Source: Lama glama
Taxonomy: Eukaryota
Reading direction: 5' to 3'
NCBI GenBank assembly: GCA_028534125.1
Contig: CM052850.1
Span: forward strand, 2,604,001-2,668,000
Length of the DNA: 64,000 nucleotides
In this document: in pieces, positions 1 to 12,400 of the stretch
How the letters are laid out: every line of letters starts with the position of its first letter
Numbering within the stretch: the first letter of the stretch is position 1
Position numbers and translations under genes: made by a program
Notes under the pieces: model-generated
Told to the model about the DNA's origin: nothing
The model's database searches: none
The model's input: only the letters and a program-made list of their open reading frames with translations

Positions 1-204
1 TCCACATCCATGGAGAGAAGTCTTAGGGTGGACACATGGGCCTTGGGTCCTCTTCAGGTCACACGTGAAGCCTCAGCTCTGGGTCAAGGCCATCTGCCTG
101 GTTATGTCCCTCCCTGGGCCCATCCCATGTCAGCTCAAGGACCAAAGGAATGTGCACTCACGGAGCCATGGGGTTGTGAGGTCACCGACGGTGTGGGAAA
201 GTGA

Positions 205-372
205 GTGTTGAACAAGGAACTTGGAGTCAGAAGATGTGGGCTCGAGTCCCAGATCTAGGACCTCCTAGTAAGTCACATCCTCTCTGAACCTCGGTTTCTT
301 CATCTATGAATCCAGGATAACAAGATCCCATTGGGGGAATTATGAGCATTAGAAGAATAATGCACATAAATT
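205..372 (+). mobile_element. MIR SINE
   Basis: TTGGAGTCAGAAGA...CTCTCTGAACCTCGGTTTCTTCATCTATGAA core. Confidence 0.7.
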
Positions 373-909
373 AACTTTCTGAGCCATGAACTCCCTCAAC
401 TTACAGACCTAAGAACTCTAAAGGTCAGAAGGTCAGAGGCACAGGCAGAATGTGGTGGCCCAGGGCTGCCAACTACCCGTCTCTGAGCGAAGGGCAGTGA
501 TGGAAGGTCTCTCGCCGAGCCAGCTGTCTGGCACCCCAGCACCCCATCCCTCCCCACCGCCACACTCTGAGAGCTGAGAGGTTGCACAGCCTCAGCCCGA
601 GGTGCTGTGTCACGCTCCAGCACCTGTCACTCCTCCTGTGCACTGGAGGCAAATGTGAGGTGACCCCTGGAGCTGAAGTGAGAAGTAAGAGCCACCAGCG
701 GGGGCTGCTGTGGGGGCAGATGTCAGGAAGCCTGGCGAGGGTGCTTCACCGGGCAGGGTGAAGCACATGCCCTGGGTCAAAGAGCACGGTTTCAACCCCA
801 GGATCTGCTCTCAAGGAGCAGGTGGTCTTGGGCTGAGCACTTCACTCTGACGGCTGGACGACTCGTACGTAAAGCCTGGTCTGCCTGCCCCCCTGAGCTG
901 GAATTGCAA

Positions 910-1080
910 TACATTCACTGCAACAAAGACCCCGACTAAGATGCCGCATGGTTTTATTTACCACTAAGAAAAACAAATGCTGTCAATTAAACTATATCAC
1001 GTCATTATTGTAAGACACAGGCTGATTTTAGAGATGCTCCAGCAAGAGAAATATGCATTTTAGAAGCAATGGGATGTGGT
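910..1080 (-). mobile_element. MER104-like DNA transposon (TcMar-Tc2)
   Basis: CCACTAAGAAAAACAAATGCTGTCAATTAAACTATATCAC...GATTTTAGAGATG matches the recalled MER104 reverse complement. Confidence 0.65.
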
Positions 1081-1589
1081 AGATGAAAGCACCGTGAATG
1101 GAAGACAAAATCTGATTAGCCATTCCTGTGGGACAGAACCGCAACCCTCTGCGTGGATCTCAAGAGTACCAAGCTCTTTCCTTGGAGAGAAATGCGTAAG
1201 TGAGGAAGAACAGGGGCAAAGTCCTACTGGTTCCAATGGACAGCAGTGGCCTTTCAGCAAAGTCTGAAGAGCCATGAAGAACAGGAGATGCCAGGGCTGG
1301 GTGGAGAGAGAGAAGAGAGGACAATGACTTGGCCAAGGGCTCAACACTGCACCCATGCGGGTGCGCCCCCAGACCTGCTGCGGAGGACACAGAGGTCCTC
1401 TGGCCATGCTGACAGAGGATCCCGTTGACGGCTACCGGTCTGCTCCTTCAACTACACGACAACTCACACCTGAAGGCAGTGCCTGTGGCTCCCACCAGCC
1501 CTCCCTCGTCCTGTCCAACGTTCTTCCACCTTCTCTCCGCATCCTAGTCCCCAGGCCCCACCACAAAAAAGCAGATTCTCTTTCAAAAG

Positions 1590-2000
1590 TACTTCAACCT
1601 GTCAAAGTACCTCTTAAAATGTGACATCCAAAACATGTTCATTGGAGCGTCTTTAATAATTATTTACGACAGCCCAAACCAGAAAACAACCTAAGTCTCC
1701 GATAACCACAAAAATGAAGAAGCAAGCTGTGCACATCTTTTTAACAAACCGCTGCTCAGTCATGACAGAGTTTTACCAAAACAAGGAGGAATATGTACTA
1801 TGCCCAGAGTACACTGAGAAAAGGCAGCAAAATTACAAGCATTGAAAAGACAGCTTGCTTAGCATGAAAGGGGCTGGAAGGAAAAACCACAAAATAATTG
1901 GGAATTTTTCTTAATTAGTGACTGTTTTTTCTCCTTTTGACATTTCTGTGTTTTCTGTATTTTCTTTAATGAGTGTAGAATAATTTAAAGTAGAAATAAA
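1590..2000 (+). mobile_element. Old L1 (L1ME-like) 3' fragment
   Basis: Degenerate ATGTTCATTG...AGAAAACAACCTAAGT motif of the L1 ORF2 end and T-rich L1ME-type 3' UTR. Confidence 0.55.
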
Positions 2001-2166
2001 TGGACTAGATGATAAACTTCAAATGGCCCTCTGATTCATCTAGGACTCAGCGGGACCAAGATTCACACAATTTTAACATATAATACATACCCTTCACAGT
2101 ACTCTTCTTTTAGACAGAATCACAACATCTCTAAATGACTCAGACTCAGTTAGGCCCTTTACTATA

Positions 2167-2651
2167 CAGATCTTCCTCGACTTACAGTGAGGTTACACTC
2201 TGATAAACCCATCATANNNNNNNNNNNNNNNNNNNNNNNNNNNNNNNNNNNNNNNNNNNNNNNNNNNNNNNNNNNNNNNNNNNNNNNNNNNNNNNNNNNN
2301 NNNNNNNNNNNNNNNNNNNNNNNNNNNNNNNNNNNNNNNNNNNNNNNNNNNNNNNNNNNNNNNNNNNNNNNNNNNNNNNNNNNNNNNNNNNNNNNNNNNN
2401 NNNNNNNNNNNNNNNNNNNGGAATGACTGTTTGGGTGCAGAATGGTTGTCAGTGCGTAAGCTGTTTACCATCATGATCTCAGAGCTGCAATCCTGCATCA
2501 CAAGAGAGGAACACTGCCTATCGCCAGCCCAGGAGAAGATCAAACTTCAAAATTCAAAGTACAGTTTGTACCAAGTGTATTGCTTTCACATCATTGTAAA
2601 GTCAAAAAAAAAAAATCCTAAGTCAAACTGTCATAAGTTGGGGACTGTCTA
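2167..2651 (+). mobile_element. MER47/Tigger5-family DNA transposon (TcMar-Tigger), partly masked by N gap 2217-2419
   Basis: Starts TA|CAGATCTTCCTCGACTTAC...GATAAACCCATCATA and ends TAAGTTGGGGACTGTCTA|TA; inverted termini and TA target sites. Confidence 0.8.
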
Positions 2652-2841
2652 TACAGTGTATATTATTTATCTTAGGAACACTTAAAANNNNNNNNNNNNN
2701 NNNNNNNNNNNNNNNNNNNNNNNNNNNNNNNNNNNNNNNNNNNNNNNNNNNNNNNNNNNNNNNNNNNNNNNNNNNNNNNNNNNNNNNNNNNNNNNNNNNN
2801 NNNNNNNNNNNNNNNNNNNNNNNNNNNNNNNNNNNNNNNNN

Positions 2842-3550
2842 AATTACCCTATCATCCAGCAATTTCACTTCTGGGTATACATCCAAAGGAAATAAAATCA
2901 TTATCTCAAAGAGGTATCTGCACTCCCAGGTTCACTGCAGCATCATTCCCAATAGCCAGATATGGACATAACCTAAATGTCCACCAATGAATGAATGGCA
3001 AATGTGATATAAATAAACACACACACACACACACATACATTCCAGAGGAATATTATTCAGCCTTTAAAAAAAAGGAAATCCTGCCATTCACAACAACATG
3101 GATAGATCTGAAGGACATTATGCAAAGTGAAACAGAGAAAGACATATTGCCTGGTCTCACTTACATGGGAAGTCTAAAGAAAAAGGGAAGCTCATAGTAA
3201 CAGAGGAAGGAATGATGGTTACCATGGGCTAGGGGTGGGGAAAACGGAGAACACTGACCAAAGGGTGCAAACTTTCAGCTACAGATGAATAAATTCTGGA
3301 GAGCTAGTATTCAGCACAATGACCACAGTAAATAATAATGTATTACATATTTGAAATTTGCAGAAATTGTAGATCTCAAGTGTCCTCGCCACCGGAAAAA
3401 AACAGTAACTATGTGAGGTGATGGATGTTAATTAGCTTGACTGCAGTAATCAATCCACAACGTATACATATAACAAAACATCACATTGTACACCTTAAAC
3501 ATATACAATTTTTATCTGTCAGTCACACTTTAATACAGCTGGAGAAAAAA
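2842..3550 (+). mobile_element. L1 (L1MA-like) ORF2 end and 3' UTR
   Basis: Typical L1 text: CCAGCAATTTCACTTCTGGGTATACATCCAAAGG, GAATATTATTCAGCCTTTAAAAAAAAGGAAATCCTGCCATT; A-rich end. Confidence 0.88.
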
Positions 3551-4184
3551 GCACAAACCGTCACGCAGGCATCCTGTAGTCTAAGACCATCTACTTCTGA
3601 AACGCTGTGTATAAACCGTATCTTTCTACACTAAATCCCATTTTAAATGCAGTCATAGAATTTTCCTTTAGAAAAGTAACCATCAGAAAACCCTTCTGTA
3701 AAGGCAACAGATGCTTTTAAACACCAAGAGTCATCTCTATCTACTTATCCACTCCCTGTATTAAGGGGTTCGATGCTCGTGAGCTTCCATTTACACATTC
3801 TATTCCATCAGTCCTTCAACTTTCCCCCTTTTACTTAATCACAATTGATATGAAGGGTAAACATATGAGGATCAGGTCTAGGGCACAAGGTAATGCCTAA
3901 ATGCAGACACTCCCAAGCTCTCACTCCTGCTGGGTTTCACCTATCCCCACCCCTCTGGCTGTTCCCTGGGAAAGGGGAGTCTCTTTGCTCCCCACTCCTC
4001 TTGGTCAATCATAATGGTAGCTCCCCTCCCCCTCCTCATTTTTCCACTCCACTCTCATCTTGTCCTCACAGGTTTGAACTACTGTCCAACAGGCAGCAGG
4101 GTAAGGGAATTTCCAGGCCACATCCCTTGCTGCCACACCCACACAGGACCGGGGGTGGGGGTGGGGTGCCTGGACCGCTCCTCT

Positions 4185-4684
4185 NNNNNNNNNNNNNNNN
4201 NNNNNNNNNNNNNNNNNNNNNNNNNNNNNNNNNNNNNNNNNNNNNNNNNNNNNNNNNNNNNNNNNNNNNNNNNNNNNNNNNNNNNNNNNNNNNNNNNNNN
4301 NNNNNNNNNNNNNNNNNNNNNNNNNNNNNNNNNNNNNNNNNNNNNNNNNNNNNNNNNNNNNNNNNNNNNNNNNNNNNNNNNNNNNNNNNNNNNNNNNNNN
4401 NNNNNNNNNNNNNNNNNNNNNNNNNNNNNNNNNNNNNNNNNNNNNNNNNNNNNNNNNNNNNNNNNNNNNNNNNNNNNNNNNNNNNNNNNNNNNNNNNNNN
4501 NNNNNNNNNNNNNNNNNNNNNNNNNNNNNNNNNNNNNNNNNNNNNNNNNNNNNNNNNNNNNNNNNNNNNNNNNNNNNNNNNNNNNNNNNNNNNNNNNNNN
4601 NNNNNNNNNNNNNNNNNNNNNNNNNNNNNNNNNNNNNNNNNNNNNNNNNNNNNNNNNNNNNNNNNNNNNNNNNNNNNNNNNNNN
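4185..4684. other. N gap of 500 nt (other gaps: 2217-2419, 2688-2841, 32611-32758, 33226-33357, 33644-33789)
   Basis: Runs of N; content unknown. Confidence 0.99.
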
Positions 4685-5194
4685 GGGTCAGCCCCAGTGT
4701 AGGCATACCATGTTCATTTCCAAAAGAAAGTATTTAAATAAACGCACGGCCATCACACACACTGCCTATGACGCTGGATCAGCCACAACGCAGTATCACT
4801 ACGCTAATTTCCAAAGGGATGCATTATCAGACGTTTTCACGTGATTCAGTTTCACGCCACCTAGTATTATCGATGTGCATCAACCCGTAAATAACTAAAC
4901 CTGTAAATTCGGAAAACTTCTGCTGGCAGAACCCGAGTCTCAATGATCAGTTCAGAAACTATGCTTGAGGTCTTCTCCAGCCTCCAAAAGAAAATGCACC
5001 TGCTGGCAACTTCTGGCCCATTTGGGGAGTGCCCTTCAGGCTAGGGCAAGCTGCCTGCTACAGTGAAAGATTCACTGGGACACGTGTGCTCAGCACTAGC
5101 CAACCACAGAACGGAAACCAGAAGCAGCAGCAGCCGGACCCCGGTTCCACCGCCTCTGCGAACGCCGCGTGGATCTCCAGAGTACCTGCCCTCC

Positions 5195-5208
5195 CCGGCA
5201 GGTGGCGC
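5195..5208 (+). promoter_or_regulatory. CTCF-like motif in intron 3
   Basis: CCGGCAGGTGGCGC, one mismatch to the core, in a locally CpG-retaining patch. Confidence 0.5.
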
Positions 5209-5358
5209 ACCTATGGTTAAGCCCGTGGGAATCTTATCTTTGAACTTTCTTCTCCGCCACATCCTCAGAATACTATCTTCCCACCCCAGGTTCCTTGCAC
5301 CAGCTGCATCACGACCCCACAGACCCCTCCATGCACAAAGAGACAGAAAGAGGACTCA

Positions 5359-6388
<1,030 letters not shown>

Positions 6389-6494
6389 CAGTCTGCGGGA
6401 CATGGGGGTCTTGTCATCCTCAGGAAGGTGCTGCTCCAGGGCCAAGACGATGCAGTTGGCAATGATGGTGGCCAAGATCATGTACTCAAACGGC
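6389..6494 (-). CDS. CACNA1E: CACNA1E coding exon 2 (domain I S1 and S1-S2 loop), 106 nt
   Basis: Encodes (P)[35 protein letters not shown]. Preceded by ...TTTCCCAC (AC acceptor) and followed by the donor CTG|GTACGT. Phase 0 at its end matches exon 3. Confidence 0.97.
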
Positions 6495-9400
6495 GTGGGA
6501 AAGGAGGAGTTAAGAAACAGATTCACCAAAGACGGAGGGACACAGCCTCCAAGCTGGCTGCGCACATCAGCACACAAACTTTATCAACCCACATGGTGTC
6601 TGTGCAGTCTGCCTGATTTATCTGAGCAAACAGGCAAGCAGGACAGTGGATGGTTCTTAGCACGTGGACCTATAACCGTTTCCAATTAGGCTCTGAACAC
6701 AAAGCATCTTCTCCAAGGAAAGGAAGCATGTAGCCAGTAAATAACATATAAGACATATGGTAGACACTCTGGATACTTGGTGAGTTCAGTGACATATCTA
6801 GGAACTAACCAGGACTGAAAATGGGATGAAGGGAGGAAGAACACTGATGCTGCCATCGTAGACTCCCAGTTCTCAGTCTTCAAACCTCTGGACCACATTA
6901 CAATGCTACAGCAAGGACCCAGCCGTGGCTGTTTGTGGCTGTCTCTGGGAACCACCCATGGGGTTCTCTCCTCTAGAACCTCTGCTCAACTGACCAGAAG
7001 AGCCCGTGGAAAAGGACCAATTTTCTCCACAAGCTCCCTTCTGTTTTAATATCCAATTCAGAAAAAGAAATTTTAACAGGGCCAGGAGAAGCTAGCTTTG
7101 TCTCACCTGATTTTTTCCTAAGTGTCTACATCTATAGGAAACAGAGAGACACATCAGGAGTCTATATCCAGGACAGCGAAGCCGAGGCCTCTAGGATTCA
7201 CACTACAAATGAAGGGATAATGAGTTCAGGTTTGTTCTATTGTATTTTTCTGAAGACAGGTGAGGGGGCTCCCTGCACCCTTTTGAAAAACAGGACTATG
7301 ATCCTAGTGCCAGCATCGGAATCCCGCAGGACGGTTGTGCCGTGAGCCCAGGAGAAGGCGGGAGGGCATGGCTAGAAAAGAGAGCGAGGGGAGTCACCGG
7401 CTCCAGAGCCATTCCGCATGTGGGATTTCATTCTCTAACCATTGTTGTGACAAACAGAAGCGAGCTGTTGCTACTGGTCTTGCTGAGCAACCTATGATCT
7501 GGCAGCTTCTGGAATCCAGGCGGGAGAGATGAGTAGTAGATGTGGCAAAGCGGAGGGGAGAGAAGAGAAGGGGTCTCGTCTCCCCACACACTCAGGCTGG
7601 CTGTGTAGGATGCAGGGCTCAGAGCCAGCCCTAGGGAGCACACAAGCAGGGCACATCATAAACACGCCCCCAGTGCCTCCCGTCCCCCCTGGGATATGTG
7701 TGTCGTGAACATCTCCGGTTAAGGGGTATTCGTGGCATCTGAGAGGGGCAGGGCACAGCGTGTTACAGAAAGAGGTGGATGTGCAGGTGTGAGCCACCCC
7801 ACCTGCTCTGGTCCCGGGGATGGGATGGCGGCTGCAGGGGGTGAGAAGGCCAGCTGGCTCTGAGCCTCAAGAACTCTTCCTTCTCCTTACGCATCTCCTC
7901 CCCCTCCCCCACCCCCAGGCATCCCCAAGTCACAGTCCATCCTTCAGCAGTTGGTCATCTTCCCTTCCCACACACCCCGACCCACACAGGACCCAGCCCC
8001 TGGAGACAGCCCTGCTGGCCTCTGCTGACCTACAGGGCTCAGTCACCGGATCTGAAAAGTAGACGGGGCTCCCAGGACCTCATAGCCAGCCTCCTGCCTC
8101 TGCACTCCCCTGTGCTGGCTGGACCGCTCCCAGTCAGAGGGGAGCCTCACTGCACAGGGAGTCCCCCAGCAGATCTTACCATTCCTCCTTCAGTCTCTCT
8201 AGGCACCAAGCTAGACCCCTGAGAGCTAAGCATGCCGGCAAACACACACCAGAGACACCCGCCTCACTGACACGCCTACCTTCTTGGAACAAGTCCCCAC
8301 ACACAGCTCACCCAGGGCTACCAGCACCCCCCATCACAGGGGGACCTCCCCTCCCTCCCATCCTCCCATCTAGGGGAGCTCTGAACAAGTGCAGAATGAC
8401 CAGGAACCACACCATGACCCGGGGTGCCATATACCTTCTGAATCAGCTAGCCTATCCCGGGCCTGATTCAGACACCTTGAATTCCCCAGACCCGAATGGT
8501 AAACTGAAGATGGGAACCTGCAAGGAAGGGTGCTCCTGACCTATGCCGCTTCCTGAGAACACCCCCAGGGGACGAGTCCAGACAGGGAACTGAGGACGTG
8601 ACAACAAGCCACTGACAAATGGCAACAGAAGTGGCCGGCATTTAGGGCGTGTTCCCGAGATGCAGGCCTCGGAATGCCAGTGCTCTGGGAACTTGCGATC
8701 AAAGGAATGAGGGAAAGCCTGCGCTGTGTCCAGCTGAGCAGGTTTCCTCCCAGCGAGGCCTCTTGGAGCCTTTAATACTATTGTATACAGAGTGCACCCC
8801 CTCCCAAAGGGGGCTGGGAACAGCACACAGCACCCCAACCTGCTTCACCACATAACCCTCCTGTCAGAGCATCTCTCTTGGGGCTGGTGCTCAGAGGAGT
8901 GCACCTGGGGAGCCCTGATGTACAGGGCGGATCGCACTGCCAGTCCCCAAGGTGGAGGGAACAAGGGTGGTGGCCCTGATAGGAGCGAAACCAACACCTC
9001 TTTCGCCTCACTCACTGCCCTTGTTTCTCACAAAAACTTTCACAAAGTGTTGGGCTCAGCCGGCCTTTCTTCGCAGCTGGAAGGCCCCACATAAACTCAG
9101 AAGGCTGCTTGGCAGGTCCAAGGAGCCCAGCACGCGACCTGGGAAGCAGGACCGGGGACAGGACATGCCTGTTCTCACTCCAGCTGCAGGTGCCTCGAGC
9201 TCTCATCAGTAGTTGTGGGTCGATGATTGCTCGGGGAGTTCGGGCTGCTTCTCCTGAACACCTTAGAGTGATAACCACAGACTTCAAAGTAAAGGAGCTC
9301 TTAGCTGCTGACCTACAGGCCTGACCGCTTCTGGTGGCCGTGCACCTCCCAGGCTCTCCACCCAGCAACGCCTGCTTGGACCGCTGCAGCCCCTCTGCTC

Positions 9401-12400
9401 CCCACTCCTCCCTCCCACACTCACACCTGCATTCTCCTGTCCAGACCATCTAAGCATCCAGCTCCATGCTAGGAGCCAGACTTCCTGTGACCAACCAGGT
9501 GTCTGGATGGCTAAGGATTCATGAGGGCTCAACAAATGGTACTACCTAAGGCCCATGAGGCTAGAATCTAAAAGTGAGGGTTGGGAATTTACAGGTTCTG
9601 AGAAGGCCCTGTTCCCACATCCTCCCGACCCAAATCCTCTGCCTATGGTATGACAATCTAAGGACCCATTCAGAGCAGTGATCCTTTGGCTTAAAATTTT
9701 GAAAACTGTTCAAATGCACATACCCTTGAGAATGATGTCCCCTTAGGGATTAGAGAGCAACCCAACCTCAGGATGAATTCACGTCTAGAGCAATTAAGAA
9801 TCGGAGATGAACTTCTGATGCAGAAGTAAAAGTAAAACTGGGAATTCTGTGTATCTCTGGACTGAGTGAAAGAGAGAATGGGGGCAAGGGAATTTTAGGA
9901 GAGGCGAGTAGGAGGAAACATCCGGTTCTGCCCAGGCCCAGCTGCTCCCTCTCCCCATTACAGCCCTTTCCTTTAACCTCTTGTCCACTTCTCTCCCTGA
10001 AGAAAGCACAAAGAATGGGCACTTACACCTTGATGCTTTTGCTTCCTCCTGCAATGGGCTTTCTCCTCCTTTCTGGTCATATATCAAGATCAAGCTGAAA
10101 TATCACCTTGCCCGTAAAGGTTTCTCCCTGTGCCCCACAGCTCTTTGCATGGTGCAACTTTATCATTTCTCCTCATATTTATCTCCAAGAAACTACAGCT
10201 CGAAAGCTGGGGCGACATGCTGTTCATCTCTCCCCTCGCAGTGCTCAGCAGGGCTCCTGGTCCACAGCGGGAGCTCACTGGGTGTGAAGTGCAGGCGGGA
10301 ACGAAAGGGAGGCATCCCTGTCCGTCCAGGAGCAGCAGCCCCATTGAGGAACCGTCACAAAGACCAGGCTGTGGTCACTCCCTCTTTCAGGAGCTGACTC
10401 AGGGGTGCCGCTCCCCTGTCTTCCTGCAGCACGACCTCAAGCCCCATCACAGGGCTCTCCCCTTCATCTCCAAGGAGAAGAGCCTGGACTGTAAGTAACA
10501 GCCCAGGGCAAGTGAATGCACCTCACAGGCCAGACAAAGATGTGACTGGAAAGGTCAAAGGAAGTTCCATGTTGTCAAGGTCTCAAAGAATAATGCCCTT
10601 CGTGAAACAGAATGGAAGTCTGTCCGCAACTCTGATGCCTTCTGCCCAGGAATTCAGGGACTCCCAGCGCGTTCTGCACCTGACACCAAACATGTTTTGG
10701 AGAACATGTCTCTCCCTGGTGTCCAGACTCTTGGGGTTTGAGATGTCAATCAAACGGAGCTGATGGAGCAGTAAGGGAGCCCGAGGGCAGGGGCTTTCCT
10801 GACTGTACAGCATGCAGTGGGCACCCCATAATTGGCTTTTAATTCATTAATAAATTAATCAATGGGTAAGTGAATAGCCTAAGAAAACCAGAGCCAGAGC
10901 TATCCTCACGAAAGGCACCCATACTTCCTCTACATACCACACCCACTTGAACTTTCGGCGCTGTGTGCCTTGTACACACATTAGCTATTCAAAAAAAAAA
11001 AAAAACCCAGCAGGCCTAGAAGATCACTTTAATGTAAAAAAAAAAAAAGAACAAAAATTTTTAAAGCAAAGGGAAAAACTCTGTCTTGCTAGAAGGCTAA
11101 TGAGCTGTCCTGGGGTGGCAGAGTTATTTTCACATTCTTCTTTACTCCTTTATGCATTGTCTGAGTGTTAAAATGAGCATGTGTTTGTTTATACAACCAA
11201 TTAAAGCTATATTTACTCTGAAAAGAAACCAAACCAAACACAAAACCCATCCCAAGCTGAGGGTCATGGAAATCAGCACAACCTTTCTGAGAGCATCCAA
11301 CGCAGAACAAAGAGGCTGGACCGAATGAGGAAACGGCCACCAAAGTTCTATGAAAGCTGCAAAAATGCCTCCTCACTGAATTGATCTGTCTGCTCGCTAG
11401 GGGCCTCGTTTTATAAACTTTTTGGCAATCTCCCCAAACACCCCTCCACTCCGCTCTCCCTCTGAGCCCGCTAATGAGGACCTGTCTCACTCCAAGTCTC
11501 CCCATCCCATCTCGCGGCTTCAAGACAATCATTAGGGAAATGATAAAAATAGGTTCTCTTATTGATTTATCTCCTTTAGCCAATGCTCCTTCCTTCAAAT
11601 GGTTGACTTGTTTCCTTAGCAACATAGCTAACTTGAGCAGCACGACTTGGCCTGCACACATGCTATTTGTTCATCTCCTTCCTGAAGCCCAGAGAGATGA
11701 GGCAAGGGGCAGAGAGGGCTGCCCTACTGGCCACCGTGGTGGCACTAGCTCTGCTTGTCAACAGAGCCCTGGGGACCCGGCTGGGGAGCTGAGCCCTCCC
11801 ACCACCCACCCCACAGGGGCTCCCCCATCAACACCTCTCAGGGACTGATGAGCGGGCAGAGGACCGGACAGGACTTAGGCCTGGGGCACCGAGTATGGGG
11901 TGATTCCGGGGAAACATGCATCTCCAGGACCACCGGGATGCTGACCCTAGACTTACCCTCAGCCGCCTCCCTCAGAGATGTGACACTGGAACAGCAAGGA
12001 GACAGACTGTGCTCAGAGGGGCAGTGCTCATCAGGGACAGGCAGGCAGATGGAAAGCTGTGCTGTCTCCCCAACTCCAGCCTAATGGAGAATGCTTCTGT
12101 CCTGGCAGCCTGTGGCCATGGAGGCACTTCCTATAAATCCCCAGGCAGTCTACAAGAGCCCCATCTAGGGGCAGGCAGCAGGCCTCGGCCTCAGGACCCA
12201 TCTCCGTCCCTCGCCCCAGGCCCACAACACTCTCCCCACGGGAAGGTCCATCTTCTTTCCTTTTGCTCATCCCTGCCTCCTGTCTGGGGATGTCAAAAGC
12301 TAAGAGATGAAGTCTCCAAGATGCCCTGGGCATCTTTGTGCACACCTTGCCACTCGTCCCTCACCTGCACAGAAATACCACTCTAGCAAGTAGAATGTTG

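Noticed and set aside
590-610. RE1-like CACAGCACCTCGGGCTGAGG on the minus strand
   Set aside because: Right half is poor and the site is isolated; too weak to call.
3893-4844. Long ORFs of 233-276 aa, and similar ones at 2187-2901 and 33099-33463
   Set aside because: They are open only because they run through N gaps.
11728-11748. CTCF-like TGGCCACCGTGGTGGCACTAG
   Set aside because: Lacks the AG core and has an extra base in the spacing.
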